Notes: generated by a model from the letters alone, not told the origin. DNA of 6,121 nucleotides from a virus (IMGVR_UViG_3300045988_001900:1-6121), one strand, 5' to 3'. Positions 1 through 5,117 are shown, counted from the first letter of the stretch. Numbers and translations are program-made.

Positions 1-55
1 GCTCTTTGCGTCTTAATTCTGACCTTTCCGCCCTCTCAATCCGTGCAACAGAATA
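1..55. repeat. Terminal direct repeat (left copy), an assembly overlap of a circular genome
   Basis: gctctttgcgtcttaattctgacctttccgccctctcaatccgtgcaacagaata is identical, by eye, to 6067-6121. The unit length is therefore 6066 nt. Confidence 0.97.
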
Positions 56-794
56 CCTCCAGCGTTGGAAAGAAGTAGTTCAGTTTAGTAGTAAGGACTA
101 TTCGGACCAAATGGCTGCTCAATTCGGTATTAAAGCCCCCGAATACATGGGCAATCATGCACATTATATTGGCGGTTGGTCTAGTGTAATTAATATTAAT
201 GAGGTAGTTAATACTAATCTTGATTCTGATTCTTCTCAGGCTTCTATTGCTGGCAAAGGTGTATCTAGTAATTCCGGACATACTATTACTTATGACTGTG
301 GCGCTGAACATCAGGTAATTATGTGTGTGTATCACGCTGTACCTATGCTGGATTGGAATCTGACTGGCCAAAATCCTCAACTGACCGTGACTGCTATCTC
401 TGACTTTCCGCAACCTGCATTTGACCAGCTTGGTATGCAGGCTGTTCCTGCCCTTAATCTTCAGAACAACCCTGGACGTGGTGTTTCTGGTTCTCTTGGT
501 TATAACCTCCGTTATTGGCAATGGAAATCTAATATTGATACCGTTCACGCTGGATTTCGTGCTGGTGCTGCTTATCAGTCTTGGTCTGCTCCTCTTGATG
601 GCTGGCAGGTATTAACTTCTTCTGGTGCTTGGTCTTACCAGTCTATGAAAGTTCGCCCTCAACAGCTGAATTCTATATTCGTCCCTCAAGTTGATGCTGC
701 TAACTGTTCTATTGCATTTGACCAGTTGTTGTGTAATGTTAATTTCCAAGTATATGCCGTACAGAACTTGGATAGAAATGGTTTACCTTATTAA
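1..794 (+). CDS. VP1: Microviridae major capsid protein, C-terminal part (continuation of 5118..6066 across the circular junction). The joined product is about 580 aa.
   Basis: The frame is open from the left edge (positions 1-2 finish a split CGC codon) to TAA 792-794. The TTG 'start' at 6 in the track is an artefact of the window edge. The sequence IRATEYLQRWKEVVQFSSKDYSDQMAAQFGIKAPEYMGNHAHYIGG matches the capsid block lR-x-A-x-x-lQ-x-w-x-E ... RY-x-E ... FGV ... yLGG as I recall it. Confidence 0.93.
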   Translation, partial: SLRLNSDLSALSIRATEYLQRWKEVVQFSSKDYSDQMAAQFGIKAPEYMGNHAHYIGGWSSVININEVVNTNLDSDSSQASIAGKGVSSNSGHTITYDCGAEHQVIMCVYHAVPMLDWNLTGQNPQLTVTAISDFPQPAFDQLGMQAVPALNLQNNPGRGVSGSLGYNLRYWQWKSNIDTVHAGFRAGAAYQSWSAPLDGWQVLTSSGAWSYQSMKVRPQQLNSIFVPQVDAANCSIAFDQLLCNVNFQVYAVQNLDRNGLPY

Positions 795-805
795 TTTGTA
801 TTGTT

Positions 806-1246
806 ATGAGAAATTTTGCTTATAAAAACCCTGATTATATTAAAAACGAGGTTATTCCCGAGTTGATTGAGGATAATCCGTGTTACCAACAGTCTGTCTA
901 TGATTCAGTTATGTACGATGAGTCTCCTGACGGTGATTTGATTCAATGTGATATGACGCAGATTCTATTAAATCAGGAGAAGTATCGTCGTTTGCTTGGT
1001 GATATGAATGTTCAGAATATTCTTGCTCAAATGCATCCTACTCAGTCTACTATAATGGACGGTATGACTGATGAGGAACGTTTTGATTGTGTTATCTCCC
1101 GTCATTGTCAAACTATGTCTGAACGTCAGGCTGTTCTACAGCAGTTGGCTGGTGAGAAGTCTGAACTATCGGCTTATGCCGAATCTATGTTGGCAGAGAA
1201 AAAGGCAGCGCCGTCTTCGGATTCCGCATCTGCCTCTCCTGAATAA
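806..1246 (+). CDS. Hypothetical acidic 146-aa protein, possibly an internal scaffolding protein (VP3-like) judging only by size and position between VP1 and VP2
   Basis: ATG 806 lies 11 nt after the VP1 stop. The third-position T bias matches neighbouring genes. Its TAA (1244-1246) overlaps the next ATG (1246-1248) as TAATG. The product is rich in D/E/Q with an Ala/Ser-rich tail. I recognise no motif. Confidence 0.75.
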   Translation: MRNFAYKNPDYIKNEVIPELIEDNPCYQQSVYDSVMYDESPDGDLIQCDMTQILLNQEKYRRLLGDMNVQNILAQMHPTQSTIMDGMTDEERFDCVISRHCQTMSERQAVLQQLAGEKSELSAYAESMLAEKKAAPSSDSASASPE

Positions 1247-2388
1247 TGGGACTATTTGATGCTATAGCTTCCTCGGCTGCAAACCTTACCGACAATGTTG
1301 TCGGTATGGTTAATCAGAATCATCAGAATAAGGTTAATCTCCGCATGATGCGTGAACAAAACGCGTTTAATGCTCAACAGGCTCAACTACAACGTGATTG
1401 GCAGCAACAGATGTGGGGCATGAATAATGCCTACAATTCTCCTAACGCTATGATTTCTCGCGGTTTGAATCCGTTTGTTCAAGGTTCTGCTGCTATGGCT
1501 GGTTCTAGGTCCCCTGCTTCAGGCGGAGCTGCTGCTACTGCTGCTCCTGTTCCTAGTATGCAGGCCTATAAGCCTAATTTTTCTAGCGTGTTTCAGTCTC
1601 TTGCTTCTCTTGCTCAAGCTAAGGCTTCTGAGGCTTCTGCTGGTGAATCGGGCGCTCGCGCTAAACAAACTGATACGGTAACTCCTCTTTTGTCTGATTA
1701 TTATAGAGGCCTTACTAATTGGAAAAATCTAGCTATTGGCTCTTCCGGTTATTGGAATCAGGAAACAGGCCGTATATCTGCTGCCCTGGACCAGTCTACC
1801 GAGGCCCAGAATCTAAAAAACGCTCAGTTTGCTGAACGTATTTCTGCTGCTCAGGAAACACAGATTTTGCTTAATTCTGAAGCTCAACGTATTATGAATA
1901 AATATATGGACCAGAACCAACAGGCTGATTTGTTTATTAAGACTCAAACCTTATCCAATCTTCAGGCCCAAGGTGCTCTTACTGAGAAGCAAATCCAGAC
2001 TGAAATTCAGCGTGCTATTCTTACTGCTGCTGAGGCTTCTGGTAAGAAAATTGATAATCGTGTGGCTTCCGAGACGGCTGATTCTTTGATTAAGGCAGCT
2101 AACGCCTCTAATGAATTGCAATATCGTGATAGTACGTATGATTATAAGAATGTTAAGCTTCGTAAACATACGGAGTATAAAACTTCTATGGCTAATCAGA
2201 AAGCCGCTGAGTATGGTGCGGACTTGGTTCGCAAACAAGGCCGTACTCATTATTGGGAGTCTGTTGCTCGTGGTGTTGGTAGTATTGCTTCTGGTGCTGG
2301 TAATTTTATTGGTTCATTTCGCCCTGGTGCTAATATCTATCGTAATGATTATGGCCCCCGTAATACTACTATTTATAACGGCCGATAA
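1246..2388 (+). CDS. VP2: Minor capsid / DNA pilot protein (VP2 or H-like), 380 aa
   Basis: The N-terminus MGLFDAI...NQNHQNKVNLRMMREQNAFNAQQAQLQRDWQQQMWGMNNAYNSPNAMISRGLNPF fits the pattern I recall for gut-microvirus VP2. That pattern is MGLF..., then a Q/N-rich helical stretch, then YNSP-x-A-x-x-x-R-x-x-x-GLNP. A long Q/A/E-rich, coiled-coil-like middle and a Gly-rich C-terminus follow. It ends in tandem stops, TAA 2386-2388 then TAA 2389-2391. Confidence 0.85.
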   Translation: MGLFDAIASSAANLTDNVVGMVNQNHQNKVNLRMMREQNAFNAQQAQLQRDWQQQMWGMNNAYNSPNAMISRGLNPFVQGSAAMAGSRSPASGGAAATAAPVPSMQAYKPNFSSVFQSLASLAQAKASEASAGESGARAKQTDTVTPLLSDYYRGLTNWKNLAIGSSGYWNQETGRISAALDQSTEAQNLKNAQFAERISAAQETQILLNSEAQRIMNKYMDQNQQADLFIKTQTLSNLQAQGALTEKQIQTEIQRAILTAAEASGKKIDNRVASETADSLIKAANASNELQYRDSTYDYKNVKLRKHTEYKTSMANQKAAEYGADLVRKQGRTHYWESVARGVGSIASGAGNFIGSFRPGANIYRNDYGPRNTTIYNGR

Positions 2389-2575
2389 TAACATGAAATT
2401 GTATAATTATACTGTTTGTGTCCTGACACCCTGGCATACTTCAGAACTAAAAGCCCATCGCGGCGTTTGAGCGATATACACCCGCTGCCCGCGTAGGGCC
2501 TGATCGAAAAACGGAGCGGAGCGACTTCCTTAAAGAAGCGTCCCGCTTCGGTATTTTAGCACGTAGGTGCGCAAA

Positions 2576-2598
2576 GGCAAGACAGTTTCTGCCTTGCC
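2576..2598 (+). repeat. Inverted repeat / hairpin GGCAAGaCAG-ttt-CTGcCTTGCC
   Basis: 6 bp plus 3 bp of Watson-Crick pairing with one A/C mismatch and a TTT loop, read directly. GGTG (2566-2569) and CACC (2608-2611) could extend the stem. Confidence 0.7.
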
Positions 2599-2603
2599 GT
2601 GCC

Positions 2604-2618
2604 TATACACCCTGTATA
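2604..2618 (+). repeat. Inverted repeat / hairpin TATACA-ccc-TGTATA
   Basis: A perfect 6-bp stem with a CCC loop. Its left arm plus loop (tatacaccc, 2604-2612) also occurs as a direct repeat at 2475-2483. Confidence 0.6.
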
Positions 2619-2636
2619 CGTCCACTTGTTAATTAA

Positions 2637-2663
2637 GCGAAGCCCCTAGTTGTGTGCGAAAGC
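2637..2663 (+). other. Twin mini-hairpin motifs GCGAAGC (2637-2643) and GCGAAAGC (2656-2663)
   Basis: Both exact strings are present on the + (virion-sense) strand, 12 nt apart. My by-eye scan found no other copy in the window. Confidence 0.6.
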
Positions 2664-2664
2664 A

Positions 2665-2687
2665 AATTCGAGTTATCCTCTCGAATT
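2665..2687 (+). repeat. Inverted repeat / hairpin AATTCGAG-ttatcct-CTCGAATT
   Basis: A perfect 8-bp stem with a 7-nt loop, enclosed by the long-range helix 2648-2656 / 2708-2716. Confidence 0.7.
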
Positions 2688-2764
2688 CTCTATCCCTTGT
2701 CCATAAACGCACAACTCACACTCCGTCACAAATGGTCTTATCCCTATAGTTTCTAAAAAAAATA

Positions 2765-2795
2765 TTTGGAAATACAAAAAAAACTCATACCTTTG
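2765..2795 (+). promoter_or_regulatory. Bacteroides-type promoter: -33 TTTG (2765-2768), 19-nt spacer, -7 TAccTTTG (2788-2795)
   Basis: It is an exact match to the TTTG / TAnnTTTG consensus described for Bacteroides primary-sigma promoters. It sits in a 20%-GC tract carrying two A8 runs (2755-2762 and 2776-2783), about 50 nt upstream of ATG 2846. I found no other exact TAnnTTTG by eye. Confidence 0.55.
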
Positions 2796-2845
2796 CCTCA
2801 TGTAAAAGTTACAACTATTATTAACCTTTTAAAATTATTACAATT

Positions 2846-3040
2846 ATGCAGAAATTTATTATTTCAGTCAAAGAAAAAACTACTGGCCGCGATGTTATTC
2901 CGCCTTATATTGTCAATTCTCTCGATGGTCTTGGAGATTATTCTGAGCGAGTTTCTCCGTTGGGTCTTATTGTTATTGTGGATTCAATTAAAGAAGAAAA
3001 TAATTTTATTGAACTTAAAACTCAAGCTGATGAAAAGTAG
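2846..3040 (+). CDS. Hypothetical acidic 64-aa protein, the first ORF downstream of the predicted promoter
   Basis: It has an ATG start in an A/T-rich context like the other genes and a strong third-position T bias (ttt att att ... gat gtt att). It ends in TAG at 3038-3040. I recognise no motif. Confidence 0.6.
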   Translation: MQKFIISVKEKTTGRDVIPPYIVNSLDGLGDYSERVSPLGLIVIVDSIKEENNFIELKTQADEK

Positions 3041-3113
3041 TAATATTTGGAAAATTATTATCGGTGCTGTTTCTGCCGCATTAGGCTATATTTTAAATGC
3101 TATCGGACTATGA
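3030..3113 (+). CDS. 27-aa single-pass membrane peptide (MKSSNIWKIIIGAVSAALGYILNAIGL), a candidate holin-like or lysis accessory peptide
   Basis: The ATG at 3030 overlaps the end of the 64-aa ORF by 11 nt. Its TGA (3111-3113) overlaps the peptidase ATG (3110-3112) as ATGA, which suggests translational coupling. It has a polar, K-containing N-terminus followed by a 19-20 residue hydrophobic segment, and a moderate third-position T bias. The short length limits certainty. Confidence 0.4.
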   Translation: MKSSNIWKIIIGAVSAALGYILNAIGL

Positions 3114-3418
3114 ATTATACTCTTATGCATTTTCTTGAGTATCTGCTCTACTCTAATGTTCATTTTTCGGTGACTAGTGCTAGACGTACTCCTGAACAGA
3201 ATAAAGCTTGCAATGGTTCCCCGAACTCTCAGCACCTTGTAGGCGAGGCTGTTGATATTAAGCCTTATGGCTCTACTACATTTAGTAAGTTGCTTGAAAT
3301 GATTCATATCTTTTCGGATAATGTTTCGCCATTCGACCAGCTTATTATATATCCGACATTTATTCATGTTTCATTCTGCTCTCGTAATCGTCGGCAGGTG
3401 ATAGATAAACGTAAATAA
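3110..3418 (+). CDS. Zinc D-Ala-D-Ala carboxypeptidase-like peptidase (MEROPS M15 / Peptidase_M15_3-like), 102 aa; putative endolysin
   Basis: VTSARRTPEQNKACNGSPNSQHLVGEAVDI carries the family block S-x-x-R-t-p-x-x-N ... S-x-H-x-x-G-x-A-x-D, with H42 at nt 3233-3235 and D49. A distal His lies in TFIHVSF (H86, nt 3365-3367), which completes the H/D/H metal triad. I prefer ATG 3110 over the track's TTG 3047 because of the ATGA coupling with the upstream peptide. Confidence 0.85.
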   Translation: MNYTLMHFLEYLLYSNVHFSVTSARRTPEQNKACNGSPNSQHLVGEAVDIKPYGSTTFSKLLEMIHIFSDNVSPFDQLIIYPTFIHVSFCSRNRRQVIDKRK

Positions 3419-3420
3419 CT

Positions 3421-5100
3421 ATGAAATTTTCTCCTGATTTACTGAAAGCGGCTGACCATTGTCAGCATCGTTCGTTTATTACTAATCGTTACAACGGTGC
3501 ACGTATTGCCGTGGATTGTGGCCAATGCGATTATTGTATCCATAAGCGTGCTCAGAAAGCGTCCATGCGTGTGAAGACCGCTGGAAGTGCTTTTAAGTAT
3601 TCTTATTTTGTAACTCTTACGTATGACAACGAACATATTCCTCTTATGAATTGTAAGGTTCTTCACAGTGAATATGAGGACGTTTTAGGTATCTCAGGAG
3701 ATATTCATTTTGGTGATGAATATCATAAATATATCCCTGTTTCCGAGTATCGATGTAATGATAACTCCTTGCTGCGCCATATATTTTTCGAGCAGGTACA
3801 AGGTACAGTGCCGTTTGACCGTGAGATTAAGAAATATGTTCCTGTTAGGGATAATTGGTTTCTTAGTATGGCTGCTATTCGTAGTTTTATCTATAAGACG
3901 CAATCGGTTGACAAAACGGATTATCCCGCTTCTGAACAATACGGTCGTGATAACCTTATTCCCTTTTTAAACTATGTTGATGTTCAGAATTATATTAAAA
4001 GATTACGTAAATATTTATTTCAACAACTAGGAAAATATGAAACGCTACATTTCTACACTGTCGGTGAGTACGGCCCTGTCCATTTCCGTCCGCATTATCA
4101 TCTCTTACTATTCACAAACTCGGAGAAAGTCTCCGAGGTTTTACGATACTGTCACGCTAAGAGTTGGAAGCTCGGTCGTTCAGATTTCCAACGTTCCGCT
4201 GGTGGAGCTGGTTCGTACGTTGCGAGTTACGTTAACAGCTTGTGCTCTGCTCCCTTATTATATCGCTCATGCCGCTCATTTAGACCCAAGTCGAGAGCGT
4301 CTGTCGGATTCTTTGAGAAAGGCTGCGATTTCGTGGAAGACGAGGACCCTTATGCGCAGATTGAACAAAAAATCGATTCTGTCGTTAACGGAAGATGCTA
4401 CAACTTCAACGGTATCAGTGTTCGGTCAACTCCACCCCTGTCGTATATCCGTACCTTACTCCCCCGATTCTCGTCTGCTCGCAATGACGATGGTGTTGCG
4501 ATTGCTCGAATTCTTTGCGCTGTCCATTCAACGCCAAAAAGAATTTCAAGATTCGGATTTGTTGACTACAAACAGGACTTAATTTTGAGTCTTGTCCGTA
4601 CTTATTATCAATATCTTAAGGTTAATCCTATTCTTACTGATGATGACAAGATTATATTACATGCTTCTCGGTGTCTTACTAGGTTTGTTAACTGTTCTAG
4701 TGATGTCGATATTGAATCTTATATTAATAAGCTATATCGGCTGTTCTTATATGTCTATAAGTTCTTTCGGAATTGGCATTTGCCTCTCTTCGGCTCTGAT
4801 ATTAGTGCTTATTTCGGTCGTATTATGTTTATCATTAAAACAGGTATAGAGTATGAAAAGAAAAAGGATTATGAAAGTCTACGAGATGTATTCAACATAC
4901 GTTCCGCTAACCCGAACATATCGGATTGCATGTTTGCGTTGCCTGCGAACGGGCAGGAGCGTGATGTCTTGTCGGACGTTTCATGTGAAACGGTTCAACT
5001 CCTTGAGCAACTTCGGTATCGTAGTGCAACATTCTGTCGTGATATGATTAAGCATAAGAAGCTTAATGATGCTAATAATATTTTCAACCGTATGGTTTAA
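3421..5100 (+). CDS. VP4: Replication initiation protein (VP4 / phiX174 A-like HUH rolling-circle endonuclease), 559 aa
   Basis: Motif 1 is FVTLTY (aa 63-68, nt 3607-3624). Motif 2 is HYHLLLF (HUH, aa 225-231, from nt 4093). Motif 3 is YVASYVNS with two tyrosines spaced as Y-x-x-x-Y (aa 266 and 270, nt 4216-4230), as in phiX174 protein A. An N-terminal Cys/His cluster reads HCQH...CGQCDYCIH (aa 13-41). Confidence 0.93.
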   Translation: MKFSPDLLKAADHCQHRSFITNRYNGARIAVDCGQCDYCIHKRAQKASMRVKTAGSAFKYSYFVTLTYDNEHIPLMNCKVLHSEYEDVLGISGDIHFGDEYHKYIPVSEYRCNDNSLLRHIFFEQVQGTVPFDREIKKYVPVRDNWFLSMAAIRSFIYKTQSVDKTDYPASEQYGRDNLIPFLNYVDVQNYIKRLRKYLFQQLGKYETLHFYTVGEYGPVHFRPHYHLLLFTNSEKVSEVLRYCHAKSWKLGRSDFQRSAGGAGSYVASYVNSLCSAPLLYRSCRSFRPKSRASVGFFEKGCDFVEDEDPYAQIEQKIDSVVNGRCYNFNGISVRSTPPLSYIRTLLPRFSSARNDDGVAIARILCAVHSTPKRISRFGFVDYKQDLILSLVRTYYQYLKVNPILTDDDKIILHASRCLTRFVNCSSDVDIESYINKLYRLFLYVYKFFRNWHLPLFGSDISAYFGRIMFIIKTGIEYEKKKDYESLRDVFNIRSANPNISDCMFALPANGQERDVLSDVSCETVQLLEQLRYRSATFCRDMIKHKKLNDANNIFNRMV

Positions 5101-5117
5101 TTTAATATTTATAAACT

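Larger units (their letters stand above)
2461..2745 (+). other. GC-rich, hairpin-dense noncoding island. Candidate ssDNA complementary-strand origin and/or structured RNA at the 3' end of the transcription unit.
   Basis: By hand count, 141 G+C in 2461-2740 (about 50%) versus 19/95 (about 20%) in the adjoining 2751-2845. All three + frames are closed by stops, and the track shows no ORF of 60 aa or more on either strand. Several stems are visible. GCCC/GGGC is at 2487-2490/2496-2499, nested inside CCGCT/AGCGG at 2482-2486/2515-2519. Further stems are at 2576-2598, 2604-2618 and 2665-2687. A long-range helix pairs 2648-2656 with 2708-2716. Confidence 0.5.

Noticed and set aside
36-548. Minus-strand ORFs from the track: 36..548, 1951..2250, 3086..3367, 3439..3666, 3694..3939 and 5580..5780.
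   Set aside because: All are antisense to well-supported genes with recognisable motifs. Microviridae encode everything on the virion-sense strand, and the translated products have odd, low-complexity composition.
421-615. Leu/Phe/Val-rich alternative-frame + strand ORFs from the track: 421..615, 1071..1259, 1475..1681, 2111..2470, the upstream part of 2766..3113, 3710..3970, 4592..4849 and 4853..5047. They raised the idea of an E-like overprinted lysis gene.
   Set aside because: Their greasy, low-complexity composition is what out-of-frame reading of T-rich codons gives. Several begin at non-ATG codons (for example TTG at 4592), none has any supporting context, and the genome already carries a peptidase-based lysis candidate.
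2393-2470. A 25-aa ORF (MKLYNYTVCVLTPWHTSELKAHRGV) immediately after VP2, considered as a possible small DNA-binding (J/VP5-like) protein.
   Set aside because: It is not notably basic, is very short, has only a weak third-position T bias, and runs into the GC-rich island. I cannot support it from sequence alone.
2499-2513. CTGATCGAAAAAC resembles the hammerhead core boxes (CUGANGA ... GAAA), and AAGCGAAGCCCC (2635-2646) is vaguely twister-like.
   Set aside because: The sixth core position is C rather than G, and there is no helix II between the boxes. The partner G-rich strand expected for twister is absent. No known small self-cleaving ribozyme consensus is satisfied.
2566-2598. GGTGCGCA at 2566-2573 is identical to the start of the XerC arm of E. 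coli dif, suggesting a dif-like site for Xer-mediated integration.
   Set aside because: The rest of a 28-bp dif is missing: there is no TTATGTTAAAT-like XerD arm at the correct 6-bp spacing, and only 8 nt match. Host-mediated integration remains an open alternative for the island as a whole.
2407-2703. One + frame through the island is interrupted only by three TAG codons (2494-2496, 2557-2559 and 2647-2649), which suggested TAG stop-codon reassignment.
   Set aside because: The frame has no ATG, and the translated sequence looks random. TAG apparently terminates the 64-aa ORF at 3038-3040, and the region lacks the third-position T bias of real genes here.
2649-2715. A segment starting GTTGTG and ending CACAAC, with an internal CAAATT, is reminiscent of Bacteroidetes CRISPR repeats and raised the idea of a solitary repeat or RNA anti-CRISPR.
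   Set aside because: The unit is 67 nt rather than 36-47 nt. Similarity is limited to short terminal hexamers that also simply form the long-range helix, and nothing is repeated.
2761-2772. A 12-nt exact repeat, aatatttggaaa, at 2761-2772 and 3042-3053, considered as a second promoter -33 element or operator.
   Set aside because: About one such 12-mer coincidence is expected by chance in 6 kb, and more in A/T-rich sequence. The second copy is inside a coding region and has no TAnnTTTG at the right spacing downstream.
2812-2826. CAACTATTATTAACC in the leader, and CAACTTCGGTATCG near 5009, loosely resemble the phiX174 origin CAACTTGATATTAATAAC.
   Set aside because: Only a 5-6 nt identity plus general A/T richness is shared, and the Rep proteins are too distant to expect a conserved nick site. 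This is not sufficient to call an origin.
3047-3109. The track's TTG-initiated N-terminal extension of the peptidase ORF (MENYYRCCFCRIRLYFKCYRT...).
   Set aside because: The extension overlaps the better-supported 27-aa TM peptide in another frame and is Cys/Arg/Tyr-rich nonsense. An ATG at 3110 with ATGA coupling gives a product that starts just before the conserved domain.
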